Positions 50,638 through 64,000 of a DNA stretch of 64,000 nt are shown here, one piece after another. Each line of letters begins with the position of its first letter. Within the stretch, counting starts at the first letter, position 1. The position numbers and the translations under genes were made by a program. The DNA is from Eledone cirrhosa. Its lineage: Eukaryota. The DNA is taken from positions 126,170,001 to 126,234,000 of the forward strand of contig OZ024740.1 of assembly GCA_964016885.1 (NCBI GenBank), in the 5' to 3' direction. The notes under the pieces are model-generated. The model searched no databases. It was not told the DNA's origin and saw nothing but the letters and a program-made list of their open reading frames with translations.

Positions 50638-51077
50638 ATATTTCAAACAATCCAGGTTCAAACGCCGATGCGCTATTTTATCTTCACTTCAAATAAATTG
50701 GTTATCTGAAATATTGTTTATGTATTGATTTATATGTTTTATTTATGAGATCCTAACAGATGCCATAAATGTATAGATAAATAAATGTTTTATTTTCTAT
50801 GGTGAAGTTTATAGAAGCAAACAATGCGTCATGCAAACGATATTAACGATATTAACTATACACATGAAGCTTAATCTGCGTTCATTGAACTAAAGCATAT
50901 ATGTACGAACAACAAGTCTGTGGATGAGGTCTCAACTCGGTCACTCAAACTACTAAGAATACAAATCAAAGTTCTTCCGGATCACATTATACCATCATAT
51001 AAGAATACATACGCATACACAATACATATATATATATATATTTATATATATATACACACATGTATGTATATATATAT

Positions 51078-51185
51078 AAATCCCGCTGAGGTTAACGTTG
51101 CCTTTCATTCTTACGGGGTCGATAAAATAAAATACCAGTATTTCACTGGATAATTGCTGGCCTTGTGCCAAAGGTAGAAACAATT
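51078..51185 (+). mobile_element. 5'-truncated SINE between (TA)n runs
   Basis: aaatcccgctgaggttaac..ggggtcgataaaat..ggccttgtgccaaaggtagaaacaatt. Confidence 0.85.
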
Positions 51186-51902
51186 ATATATATACAAAAC
51201 GTTATGAAACGAAAGGAGCTGTGTGGTTACTAAAAACAAGGTTTAGGATGGTGGTTAGGACGGAACAGGAGGAGGAAGGAAGAAAGGAGTTTCCATCGTC
51301 AGCTGTAAATCTATCCCGAACCGATGTTTCGGCGCTGAATTACACGACATCGGTGTAGTTCGGGTGCGCCCGAGGCCTTTTATTAATCAGAAGGCCAGGT
51401 GAAAAAGGAGAGAGAAAGAGAGAAAAAAGGGGGAGAAAAAAGGAGGGGGGGGGAGGAAAGAGAGGGAAAGGAGGAAGAACAGGGGGGAAAAGATGAAGAG
51501 ATAGGAAGAAGGGGAAAAATAGGAAAGAAATAGGAGAAAAAAAAGTGTGCAGGTCCCATCGTGGGAAGACACAGGTGAAAGAAACATGCAAAAAAGTAAC
51601 CGTGGAAAAATAGGGAAAGTAAGTTGTGGCCAACCTGGGAGACTTTAGCCTGGTGGTCAGCTATGACTCACAGCTAGTATATATATATATATATATATAA
51701 AAATATATATATTAAAATATATTTTTCTTCCTAATAATCGTCTCTTTCTCCCTGTTTTCATATATATATATATATATATAGGTGTGTGTGTGTATGTAAA
51801 GGGTATCCCCCCAACATGTATAGTCACTTCAACAGCATTCTGATCATAGTATGTATTCATTTTTGGGGCACACCCTATATATGTATATATGTATATGTAT
51901 AA

Positions 51903-52262
51903 AAAGTAGGAATGTGTTATCAGAGTATTATCATTAAGTTTATTCAGGTGGGACACGCCTTATGCGATTGATCAGCTCGAGCTTCAATCTGAATCGATCG
52001 GACCCAATTTTGGAATCGATAGCTCATCAGACTTTTCATTAATGCTGAGAGATATCTGCGAACAGCTTTAAATTACCATTTCTCCTTCAGTTGGTAATTT
52101 AAAGCTGTACGCAGATATCTTCCATCATTAACGAAACCAAGAGTCTGGCTATTGATTCCAGAGTCCAATCGATACTGATCGAACATTGAACTGATCAATT
52201 GAGAAACGCGCATCATGCCCGAATTACCTTACTAGTGATACCTTAACATCACGTACCTACTT
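51903..52262. mobile_element. old foldback/MITE: imperfect ~175-bp arms, ~13-nt loop
   Basis: Centre gatatctgcgaacagctttaaattacca / tggtaatttaaagctgtacgcagatatc; similarity extends to aagtagg / cctactt. Confidence 0.75.
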
Positions 52263-53491
52263 ATTATCAATTTTGCAAACTGATTTTGAAAGAATCAGAC
52301 CAACTATAATACCAAATATACTACACCACGTGCTATACTTAAACGTACCCACCTATCCATCATGTGCTCAACTTGGTTAACCAACAGTAACGTTTAGTTA
52401 CAATCCATTAAGCTATATATATATATCTAATTGGTGTTGGATGCTTAAAGCCTTCGTAAGCGGTAGGCCGTTTGAGCACTCGATGCTCTTACAGACAGAG
52501 TATGATATCACATAAGAAACGGAGAATCAGTGTTGCGACGAATATAATTTATTAGACATATTACAATCGTTTCTCTGGCGACCAGCTCGAGGCACGATCG
52601 ATGTAATGATCGAATCTGACTCTGAAATCGCAAGGTCCTCAGATACGTCTCGATTCTACGAAGCAGAGTTTCCAAATGTCCAATTACACCCGCGGCCTTC
52701 ACTCGGCAGCTTAGATCCTGTTGTTGTCATTCTATGAGTTGTCAAGAATTGTACACATCCTCGGTATTTTTGGCCACTCATGGCCGTCCTATATTTGGTT
52801 CCGTTCATTCGCCACCTGAAAGTTGTTTCTTAAATCAGAATTAGTACAGTAGGAGGTAAGGGGTTGTATGATTGAACCGCTCGTACCCTGTCACCGCCTT
52901 CTCAACCTGTAGGCGCCCTCACCCATGTCCATGTTTCGCGCAGAGGTGATAGATATGGGCACTTATACACCCACAACGATCACATACACACCCGCAACTG
53001 CATTATATGTGACAATGAGAATAAATATTGAATGTGCAGCGAATACTTAGAAAGAATGAAAAAAAAACACATTTCAAAACAATAAAAAAAAACCTATAAA
53101 AAGAAAGGTATTTTTGATAAATATACACATATATACACACACACACACTGTACTCAGGAAAGCATATATACAGATGTACAAATGGAAGATCTACACATAC
53201 AAAGGCATACACTTACACAGACATGTTCATACAAATGCATCCGCCCAGACATGCATACGCATGCATGTATGCATATGTGCGTGCACACACATACATGGCA
53301 TGGACATGCTTATACATCTAAAAAAAACATACTTGATGTATACTTAGACATTCACACACACACGCAACTGTGCACATGTCGCATAACATATTATATGAGA
53401 CAACATTTTTGAGGCTTGGACCCAACCCATTCATGTGGGGATATAAGCCTGAAAGTGCATGCACGATATGTATAAATGCAATAGCTACGTA

Positions 53492-53835
53492 GCCTGTGTT
53501 TGTGCGTGCGTGCTTGCAACAGTGTGCGTTGACGAACATACACGCATATGTACTTTATGCTGAAATAAGAATTGTAGTTCTTTACACATCTGGATTTTGA
53601 CACAGGTTTTTTGATATTTTATTTTTCACTCCACTTTTATCTCATTTCTTTTAAAAACGCACCCGTCTTTTGTTGGACTGTGTGGACGTAAATAGGTGAA
53701 TGCACAGAGCCTGTATTTATACGTGTGCACGCGCAACGGTGTGCGTTGTCGGAAAATCAGATGTACGTACTCTATGCTAAAATAAAAATTGTAATTCTTT
53801 ACACTTCTCGATTGTGAAACACGGATTTTTATTTC
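53492..53835. repeat. diverged direct duplication, period ~217 bp
   Basis: gcctgt..gcaac.gtgtgcgttg..gtact.tatgct.aaataa.aattgta.ttctttacac occurs twice. Confidence 0.75.
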
Positions 53836-54047
53836 AGTTTATAGGACTAACAACACACCCAGGAGCTGGACATATCGATATATTGACAGAGTTGAACACA
53901 CTTCAACCACATGTGTACCTTTCTTTTCCACACCAATTCGGACTGCCTAAAGAGGTCACAGCCAATAATAGCTGCCAGCGAAATATATATAGCAGATAAT
54001 TTACAATTTATGATAAACGAAGCCAAATTTTACATGTTTGCCTTACT

Positions 54048-54089
<42 letters not shown>

Positions 54090-54217
54090 GGAATAGAATT
54101 AAACGAAATTTCATTTCTCACTCTTAGTACGGCAGTTACTTAAATAGTTTAGTTGTCTAACTGTAAATCATCTCTGATAGATAAGCTCGATGGTGAGGGA
54201 CGACCCAGAATTAGCCA

Positions 54218-54244
<27 letters not shown>

Positions 54245-54248
<4 letters not shown>

Positions 54249-54554
54249 AAGAAAAAGGGATGAAATCGAAAATGCAACTGAAGTCTTATTTTTTTTTAAA
54301 ATATATATATTTATTTGGTTCCTTTACCGGTTTCGCAGTTCTTCTGCTTTTCAAAAGGTGAGTTGAGATGGAGGGTCTGTGGTTTTTCTCACATCTCACA
54401 TGAGATGTGAGAAAAACCACAGACCCTCCATCTCAACTCACCTTTTGAAAAGCAGAAGAACTGCGAAACCGGTAAAGGAACCAAATAAATATATATATTT
54501 TAAAAAAAAATAAGACTTCAGTTGCATTTTCGATTTCATCCCTTTTTCTTTATA
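54245..54554. repeat. perfect palindrome: 154-bp arms, 2-nt loop, between (TA)n tracts
   Basis: 54245-54398 reads as the exact reverse complement of 54401-54554. Confidence 0.95.
54441..54478 (+). ncRNA. minimal hammerhead ribozyme, U3:A8 core variant (mirror copy on minus strand at 54321-54358)
   Basis: CCTT-TTGAAAA-GCAG aagaa CTGC-GAAA-CCGG-TA-AAGG. Confidence 0.7.
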
Positions 54555-54610
54555 CTTCCACTCGTGTAGGACACCTCGGTTATTTTTCATTTTGTAAAAA
54601 AAACCTCACC

Positions 54611-54770
<160 letters not shown>

Positions 54771-54883
54771 AACGTTTGAATATGTGTAATAAATCCAAAA
54801 CAATGCAGGTATGGATATAGAAAAAAGAATGCAATTGTAAAAGATATTGTTGACAATTCGTCCTTTACCTTAGATTTATTTAA

Positions 54884-54927
54884 ATGTCCTTAATTTTCGA
54901 GATAATATCTCTTCTTCAGAGGGAAAT
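54884..54927 (-). ncRNA. minimal hammerhead ribozyme motif
   Basis: rc: ttcCCT-CTGAAGA-a-GAGAT att ATCTC-GAAA-AT-TA-AGGac; short stem I; upstream of (TA)n on its strand. Confidence 0.6.
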
Positions 54928-55693
54928 AAAGGTCTCAAACCAGCGTTCTAAATATCTTGCAATATATGTATTCACACACATACATGCCTGTTATTCATTG
55001 GGGATGTTATTTATACGTTGACATGACTTTGATAATTGAGCTTCTCCATCACCGCTAACAAGATGGTTATAACTGGTGCGTCTTTGATTATAAATCTGCT
55101 CAATCAGATACTGCTTCGAGGTGAACAAGCACACCTATTAAAATAATTAAGACAAGAAATGCATGTTACTCAACCTCAAAGCAAATTCGAGCGTCAGGTT
55201 GTCTGGATCTTATTAATCAGAATTGATGAAGCGTGTTATCATCTCAGATTTATCTTTTTAATGAGTTTATTTAATATATATCCTGAAATATGTGCTTTTG
55301 ATTTATAACGAACATAGCCTTCGAACAGAATCTAGATTTTTTACACATAGTTCAAATATGTAAAGGAGCCGGTAAAATGGAACACATTTGTGATATTTTT
55401 CTTCACACATTTAGACTAATATACACTTTTTTATGTGTTACACATTTTCTACGATAAAAGTAACCGTTAGAATTCTTTATTTTAGATAAATATGAGGCGG
55501 AGGTTGCATCAAGAAAGCAGGGGTAATTTGAAGTTCACTCAATAGCAGGAAGTAATATAACATGTATTTCAGTTTACTGCGATTTGAAATTCAGTTTGAA
55601 GATTTTATATCAGTAGTTATTTTCGATATTTTTGTAAGTTATTTCAGACAAGCACGTGCATAGATAGGGAGAGTGGGTGATAAAGATGGAAAT

Positions 55694-55746
<53 letters not shown>

Positions 55747-55750
55747 GAGA

Positions 55751-55816
<66 letters not shown>

Positions 55817-55841
55817 GAGAGACAGAGAGAGGGCAGAGAGA
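55694..55841. repeat. (GA)n microsatellite
   Basis: direct reading. Confidence 0.95.
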
Positions 55842-56623
55842 GATGAAGAACGTGTCTGTTTGTCGTCAAAGTTTAAATGCGCATGGTTTATGTCTATTCA
55901 CAATCCGTGCTACATAGTAATACATACTCATGCACTACTTTTTTTCTAACCTTCACAATGCCACTCGGTGTATCAGCCATTACCCACCCTCTTCTCACTA
56001 TCTCCCTCATTCTCTATTATCTCTCTCCCTCTCCTCGTATATACATTTTTATACAACACATATAGAACAATCTATAATTTACTTCTGATTTCCTTCTCTA
56101 CCTCTCTCTCTTGTTTTCTATCTCACTAATTCCCCCATTTCTCTCCTCTTTCTTCCATACACATACTTTTGTGTACTTTCAGACCGCTTACTATTTCAGT
56201 ACGTCTCACAACTTCTAACTAATTTTCAATCCCTCGATTCTTGTTTATCCCCTATTGTTAGTTTCGTTATTTCTTGTACAATCCCATTCTTTATTTTGCT
56301 CAGCACCCCCGGCCCACTCTCTCGATCTCTTTTGTGAAACAGCTAAGTTACAACACAGGCAAAAACACAGACATAAACGCAAATAGAGACACCCAACACA
56401 CAAATACACACACTCGTACATATATACACCTACACCTATGCACACACACAAACGTATGTTTATATATTTATATTTATATCTATGTATAAATATAAATATC
56501 TCTCTTTCTCGTCCTCCCTCTCTCTTTATATATATATATATAGTTCAAAAGGACAAACAAACAAACGTAGGAGTCAATTGTACATAGTTGTATTAGGTTC
56601 ACGCTTAGGGAGAATGCGGGAGG

Positions 56624-56659
56624 TTTCGACGTTTCTGAAATACGTTCTTCACCAGGAAA
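56624..56659 (-). ncRNA. degenerate hammerhead motif (A6->G)
   Basis: rc: TTTC-CTGGTGA-a GAA cgtat TTC a-GAAA-CG-TC-GAAA; ~80 bp from (TA)n. Confidence 0.45.
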
Positions 56660-56899
56660 TTTGGGATGAACTCCGAGATGGATTGAGAAGGGTAGTAAGG
56701 TGGGAGGTTTACAAGAAAAAAACGAAAATAATCGATTTCCACTATGTTTTAAATTATAGTGTTTCTCTTAACTTTTATCCGCTTCTATGCAATTCAATGT
56801 TTATCTTCGGCCAACAAAGTAGAAACATAAGTTTCAGTAAATTTATTCAACAAGCCACCACCATTAATGGTCAGTCTTATGGTCAGTCCACCACGTGGT

Positions 56900-57300
56900 G
56901 CTTGCGGTCATGATGAAGAAGACATTGCCCCGGCGGATGGCGAGAGAGACACATTGGAACATCCAGTTTACCTCTTGGGGCTTGCACCTCTTGGTAGCTA
57001 CGTCCGCTCCGAAAGAAGTGAGAGGGATGTGGTCCGGGAGTCCAGAATGCCGGACGTCTCCAGTGCAAGAGGCTTAACCCCAAACCTATTAGAGAGTGGT
57101 CGATTCTTGGACAGTGTACCTTCTTCGGCCTGGTGCGCAGTGAAGCCTGGGCTGGTAGCCAAACCCACCAGGTTGCTGCTAGAGAAAGTGTCACAACATG
57201 TGGCATCACAGAGTAATGGGAATATTGTCAGGCTGCTTCTGCCTTTTGTCATATACACGATAGGCTTCTTCCTTTTCCCAAAAACTCCACTCAAAAGACA
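56900..57300 (-). mobile_element. CRE-like non-LTR retrotransposon endonuclease fragment
   Basis: LTIFP..CDATCCDTFSSS..G.TAHQAEE..SK.RPL..F..KPLALETSG resembles the WDATC.DT..AE..K..KY..P.A.ET.G RLE motif. Confidence 0.6.
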
Positions 57301-57711
57301 ATGGTTGTGAAGTTACCTCTTTCACCACGCAGCCATGCTTTCGTTTATTTCTAATTTGCACAGTATTACTATTTTCAAACCGCTTCTTATGTTCTTCCAT
57401 TCCGTCACATCCCTACAACCCACGCATGTTTATACTGCATGCAACTCAATTTAGCTTCTTACGTCACGCCGTCTTCCGTTTACCTCCTCATCTCACCCTC
57501 TTATCGAAATGTTAAAGTCAGAAAGTAGTCTCGCTTTGAAATCTCATATTATTCCTTCCTTTGTCTTTCTCACTCATTAAGCCTTTCTTTTGTAATCTGT
57601 GTGCCTCACTAATGTTCAGTCCATCTCTTGAACATACACTGGCTTCCTTCCTACGCTGTATTTAGTTTTCTCTATTTTTGTCTTCTATTCACCCCTTTTC
57701 TCTCCATCATC

Positions 57712-57718
57712 TCTCTCA

Positions 57719-57813
<95 letters not shown>
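57712..57813. repeat. (CT)n microsatellite
   Basis: direct reading. Confidence 0.95.
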
Positions 57814-57817
<4 letters not shown>

Positions 57818-58887
57818 CATCTTGCTTTCTATCTCGTTGTATTTCACTTCCACACACCTTATTTGTACAGTAAATGTGTCTCATCCCGTCATATTTTTCT
57901 TGTCTTAACTCAATTTCCCTCTGTGTATTGCTTCTTTTCTAAAGCTCAGAGATATATTCACGCAAACACTTACGCATACACACACATAGCGACACACACA
58001 TTGATAGTTGACAGATACATAACGATAGAGACACGCACACCGATAACTAGGTATACACACATTCTTATGCACACACACACAAATATTTGACAAATAGATA
58101 CACAATGAAAGAGACACACATACTGATAACACCCCGCCTCCTGTAGAATCACAACGCACATTCTGATAGCTGATAGATTCATAATGATAGAGACATACTG
58201 ATAGCTAGAGACTGTTACATACACCTACTCTGGGTTATACAGATAAACACGCATATAGACAAATTCTGAACTAATGTCTTATAGACACACATATCTGTAG
58301 CATAGCACTCTTTCTCTCTGGCTTACTCCCAATCTATTTATCTTCTTTGTACAATAGCGTACTTCCAATAAACACACAACAAAGACATTTCTTCAGACGT
58401 TATACTCCACCTAGCGGTTTTAGTAAATCAACTAGCGATAGAAATCACTAATTCTACTTTCAGAATACGACAAATACAGTTTCCCTGTGAGTATAAATTG
58501 TGATCGGAAACAATTCGATTAGGCTACTTTCTATTCTTGCTAAGTTTATCCCAAAGGTGTGTCAGCTGGAGAATATATTCTATGATCGCAATTTCCAAAC
58601 TAGTAGTTAAAAATAGATAGAATAAAAAAAATCAAAAAATCAGACACACACAAGCAAAACGTACAGTAATACGACTTGATATGAAAAAAAAAGGAAGAAT
58701 GGGAAGAATGAAATCAAAGAGGGAACTACAAGTAAAAAGAGAAGACTTATACATGATTAAATAGATACATAAATAGGAAAACATATATATGTAGAGAGAA
58801 AATAAGAAAAAAATGTTAAAGGAAAAATGTAAATGTGTGTGCATCTCTGGGTCAATGAGTGTATGTATGATTGTATGTATGTATGTC

Positions 58888-61800
58888 ATCTCTTTCTCTT
58901 AATTTCGAGTATATCTTTTGACCGGCCTCCTTCCTGGTGGCAAGGTTGTAAAAGAAAAGAAATTGTCATCCCTTCAATCGCAAGAATGTTTTGCAAAATT
59001 TTGAAGGTGCCATCTATCGCAGTCATTTGTAGACTATGAATTAGGGAGCTGCGATCTTTGTCCGCATTCCAAGTTCAGTTATACATTGGTCCAAGCGGGC
59101 TGGTATATAACACTTAGTTCCAATAATGATGGGTATGAATCTAAAGGTCTATCTTGGATACTGGATCTGTAAACTCCTCATCAATGGTCTGTAGATGTCC
59201 TCCTCCTGTATTTTTTCTGACAAAGTTTACATCAAGTGGGCAGCTGATCTCCACAACAGAACACGTTTTCAATGTGTGGTCCCAAACAACAATATCAGGC
59301 CGGTTGTGCTTTAATTTGGTGGCAGTTTTTATTTTCAGGTTCCACCAGTATTCCTTAGTGCCATCTCTCTCAACATATTCTACCGCGTTTGTTGTTAATT
59401 TTGTTTTCCGAAGTGTGTTCCAGATGGTTCTAGCTATCCCATCGTGTCTCATGGGGAAGTAGTAGCGAGATGACATTCTTTCGCAGCTGGCAACGATGTG
59501 GCTTACATCTTCGATCTTTGTTTTACATAGCCTACATTTATTGTGCTCTTTTGTGCAGCAGATATTTGGTAGGGAGTTCTTGTTCCTGTATTGCATAGAG
59601 ATATCCCTCAAGGTGTGATGTCATAAACTTGTCGGAACTCCATGCCAGGCTTTTTGAGTGGTTTATCCCTTCTATGGTCTGTGTTTTACGTCTCAAGTAT
59701 CCATGCACAACATTTTCTGTAAATTGGTCAATTTTTTCATCTTGTTTGAACATTGAATAGGATCTTCCGATTTCTCTGGGTGAGAGATTTATATCAGGCT
59801 TTATTCCATATCTCTCCTCCAGATCAGTGCCTATCCTAACCATATTTTTTTCTTCATGCTCATAAACCTGGGCAAGATAGTTGTCAACCTTTATCCTCTG
59901 TTGAAGATGTTGCTTCATTGTTACTATCCGGGTCTCATATGATGTTAATATGGATTTTAGACCCCGGCCACCTTCCTTGCGTGAGAAGTGTAGCCTATCC
60001 ACATCACCATTGATGTTAAAGTTCCCAGTAACACTGAGAAGATTGCGAGTTCTAACATCCATCTCACTTAGTTCTTGCAATGACCAGTTCAGTAGGCCAA
60101 ATGTTGGCGTTAGAATTGGCACAGCATAAGTATTGTGGGCAATGTATTTGTTGTAAGCTGAGAGTTCTGATGACCATATTTTGTTTACTCTTCTGAGGTA
60201 TTCAATTCTGGTTCTCTCCTTATTTATGGGTCCATCATATCTGACATTCTCATCCTGTCCAAGATATCTGTAGTTGTCACCTGACTAGGTATGTTGGATT
60301 GTCAGGCCGTTCATCTCTAGATTTCTAGAGGAGGCCACAGCCCTTCCACGTTTTACTGCCAAATATGCACACTTGGAGTCACCAAATTTCATTTTGATGT
60401 CTGTTGAAAATTGTGTAATGATGTCCAATTGTTTCTTGATGTCGTTGATATTTGGCCCATACAACTTCAGGTCATCAACAAAGAAAAGATGGGAGATACT
60501 TCTGGACCCACTTCTTTGTCTACCTTGTTTCCTGCATAGGTAAGATAGTGGATGTAGTGAGAGAACGAAGTGTAGCACTGCGAAGCTATCACCCTGAAAG
60601 ATGCCCCTCTGGTAATGTATCTTATCAGTCTTAACTTGCTCCTTCTCTCCTCTAAGTATCAAATTGGTGTACCAGTTCTTGGTCAGACGTTCAACAGCAG
60701 CTACCAGTGGTTGTGGGACTTTGGCTAACTGTAAAGCCTTAACAATCCACCCATGAGGTACACTATCAAATGCTTTTTGATAGTCCAGCCACACCACAGT
60801 CATGTTTCTGCGATTCTTTGTTGTTTTTTCTTGTATCATTTTATTAGTTAGTAGGTGATCTATGCAACCCCACACCTCCCTCTTTCCACCAGCTTGCTCA
60901 GGTGTTATAATGTTGTTGGTAGCACAGTGATCCTGTAAGAACAGGTTAAGGCACCCAGTATATAATTTATACATGATGTTTTGGCAGGCTATTGGTCGGT
61001 AATTTTTAGCAAGGGTGGTTTGGCTATTTTGGGGAATGAGGAGAGTAGTGGCAGTTGATAACCATCTGGGCAGTTCTTGTGTGCCTTTAATGGTTTCTGT
61101 AAAAAGCAGTATGAGATCTTGCCGATAGAAAGTGAAATTCGTCAACCAGAATCCTGTGATGGGGTCTGGGCCTGGTGATTTCCTATTCGACATTTTCTGT
61201 AGAACTGTTTCCAGTATTAACCCATCTATGTCATACTGTTTTGTCTGGACATGTTGGCAGTAGTCCTGTTCCAGTTCTTTTAGCCATTTAGTTTGTCTAT
61301 TGAATCCGTCATCCGTTTCCCATACAGATCTCCAGTAGCTCTCAACCTGTTCTTTTGAAGGGGTGTCATTTACAGAGATTGAACTTTTTCCACCGAAGCT
61401 GCCTTAAACTGATTTAAGATCTCTGGCAAACAATCTATTTAGCACTTGTCATTTATGTGCTGTTGGCTTATATTTTAGTCTTTCTGTTGTAGCTGTGAGT
61501 TGTTGTTTCAACTGGTGCAATTTGGAGTTTAAAGTTTTTAATTTTGTATCTACAAATCGTCTCTCTAAATTTTGTTTACGTCTTCCTGGTGTCGTGTGAA
61601 GTTGCTCTCTATGTTGCATTTCATAATGACAGCGATGTGTGAGATACTTCGTCTCAGGGACAAAACTTTGCTTTTTAAATTTCGCATCCACGCTGGTTCA
61701 GGCTTTTTGCTTGTATGTTGATTGCGTGGTTTTAGATGTTTTTTATATGATAGCAATGTGAGAGCTGAAACATATAACAAAATGTTAAGCATTTCAAATG

Positions 61801-61990
61801 TCGTTTCTACATCTTTAGATCGTATCGCCTTCAGATAATTGTCAGCTATTTCGTTCACCACTTCCAATGTATGTATGTATGTAGGCTTGTATGTATGTTC
61901 TTTTGGTTTTATAATTTCACAAAATTGTTTCCCACTAAGGAGAGGGTCGGTTTCTAACATAGACACAAGAGACTCATTGGAATTTACACA
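58888..61990 (-). mobile_element. third R4-clade RLE element (RLE3), decayed, (TACA)n tail
   Basis: KSPGPD, NYRPIAC, WLDYQKAFD, GIFQGDS, FFVDD, CRLC..EDVSHI..C, RHD, NRPD..EISCP; 3' end in catacatacatac. Confidence 0.88.
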
Positions 61991-61994
61991 TCAA

Positions 61995-63950
61995 CTAGGT
62001 AGATATGTATGCATGTCTGCATGCATGCATGTGTAGCTATTGATGTTATTGTATGTGTGGATGTGTATGTTTTGAGTTGGATGTGTGCATGTGTATATGC
62101 AGTTATTAGATGCAAAATATTTGGAATGTTTTACATATTTTACTGTTCCATTAATGGATTGTACTTGTAATTTCCTAACTAGTTGTGTTCTTTCTGTTCC
62201 TGTGAAGCCTAGCTTCGCAAGATTTGTATTAAGGCAGTTACTAACATACCCCAGTGCCCCAATGATCACAGGCATAAATCTAAAGGTGTAATAAGGCTGG
62301 AGTATCAGCAGATTTCTCATCAGTTCTGCATAAATATTCTCCTTTTCAATAATCTTTGATATTATTTTGGCATCTGCTGGGCAGCTAATTTCCACTACTG
62401 TGCATGCTTTCTTCTCCCTGTTCCATATCATAATATCTGGTCTGTTATGCCTGCATTTAATTAGGTTTTTACTGGAACATTCCACCAGTACTCTTTTATA
62501 TTATGTACGTGGATGTCTTCCACATTGCTGTAGCTTTTAATGTGTTTATTATCGGGTCTATCTTTTTTACGAACTGCATTGTACAGTGTTTGGCCACTAC
62601 ATCATGCCTCATAGATAGATAGTACCGCAATGACATCTTTGTACAGCTGCTCATGACATGGGTGATATCCTCCATGTTAGTTCTGCAGAATCTGCACTTG
62701 TTATCACATCTAGGTGTTTTACCTGCATCCCTATCTCTTTTGTGAATCAGGTATTTCGTGTTAATCTCCTGTTCTTGGATTGCAAAAGCGTATCCTTCAA
62801 AGTGGGAGCCAATATAGCGGTTGTTGGTCCAAGATGGTCTGCTTTCCTTATCTATATTACTCTCACTCTGGAGCTTCCTGGCAACATATCCATGCATGAT
62901 TTTTTTCTGATAAGCATGCAGTTTTTCATCCATGGATTCACTGCGATACTGCTGAGCGACTTCCGCGGGTGTGAGTTTTGATTATCACACAGGGAATATC
63001 TCTCGAGGAGTTCCTTCGCAACTCTCATGATCTCATCTGTTTCATGCAGATAGACTTGCTCGAGTGACGGGCTCCTACGCTTCGAGGTTCGTATATGTTG
63101 TCGGAGGCATATGATGCGACATTCAAATGCTATCTGGACTGATGTTAGGCATCTGCCTCCCTGCTTACGTTTCAAGTAAAGGCGGCCTATGTCACTGTTG
63201 ATGTGGAAGTTTCCGGTGTTGTTTAGTATTTTTCGAGTTCCAACATCAACTGCTCGGATTTCGTCTATCGTCCAATTGAGTATTCCAAACGTTGGTGTTA
63301 GGACAGGCACAGCAAACACATTGCGAGCCACTGTTTTGTTTTGCGCAGAGAGTTCCGATGACCAAATATTTCTTAATCGGGTGTAGTTTAATACGTTCAG
63401 CAAGAGAGATATTTATACATGAATTAATTTCTCTCTTGAAGATTTCGTTGAGGGAAAGTTTTAAATATTTATACTTTTGATTATTATCATTATCGATAGT
63501 ATTTTCTACAACAGTCTAGGTAGACTCGGATGGTGCACGTGGTGTCAAATTTCTTCGATTATTATTATTATTTCTTCGATTATTATTATTATCGATAGAT
63601 CTTTCCCCAGCATTCGAGGTAGACTTAGATGGTACAGGTGGTGTCAAGTTTCTTACAGGCATAGTTATTTCAAGGCGCTGTTCGACCTGGTTGCTAGGAA
63701 GTCTAGTAGCATGGCCACCTATAGCACGTGTTGTTGATAACATGTTTGTTGTGGGGGACTTACAATTGATACTATTTTTCTTATTTTCACGTTCAACAAA
63801 CGTCGCTTGATGGCTTAATTGTTTCGCTGTGAAATAATTTAGCTCTGGGTGCATTTCGTCCCAGTGTAGCTTCATTCTGTTCATATAGCCAATGGAGGGA
63901 CTGTTTTCTGCCATTTTATAACAATTAAATAAATCATTATTATTTCGCAA
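61995..63950 (-). mobile_element. fourth R4-clade element (RLE4): N-terminal domain joined to post-RT/RLE region, RT missing
   Basis: NCYK..GYMNRMK..W.E..KQL..Q at 63950; RNIWSSELS..GGR.L, CRFC..EDITH..C, RHD, NRPD..EISCP. Confidence 0.8.
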
Positions 63951-63952
63951 CT

Positions 63953-64000
63953 CCGGTGGATTAGCAGTATCGGTAGAGGGTCGGACGCCATGCTTTGCAG
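63953..64000 (+). mobile_element. 5' end of a tRNA-derived SINE running off the window
   Basis: cggtggattagcagtatcggtagagggtcggacgccatgctttgcag. Confidence 0.85.

Noticed and set aside
52500-52980. 64-aa ORF and GC-richer patch as a host exon
   Set aside because: No recognisable domain or splice context; probably an old repeat.

Overview
AT-rich animal (eukaryotic) DNA, most likely octopus/cephalopod judging by its SINE and microsatellite style (inference). No host protein-coding gene can be supported. The window is a dense retroelement landscape organised by microsatellites. It holds a decayed Penelope-like element (Naiad-type GIY-YIG), RTE and CRE remnants, MITE/foldback elements and many tRNA-derived SINEs. 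A ~34-kb nest (9.6-44 kb) contains R4/Dong-clade RLE LINEs, three long Tx1/L1-clade LINEs and a Gypsy remnant. The R4 and Tx1 ends that abut (AAT)n/(ATT)n do so with consistent, opposite strand polarity. Main observations: (1) the Tx1 copies are ORF1/ORF2 mosaics whose swap point lies beside a conserved 5' splice donor at the ORF1 stop, with a candidate acceptor in the 3' UTR, so ORF2 may be a removable intron; (2) the local SINE shares its 3' tail with the Tx1 3' end; (3) several minimal hammerhead ribozyme motifs sit next to (TA)n, including a U3:A8 covariant inside a perfect 310-bp palindrome. All identities and alignments were judged by eye.
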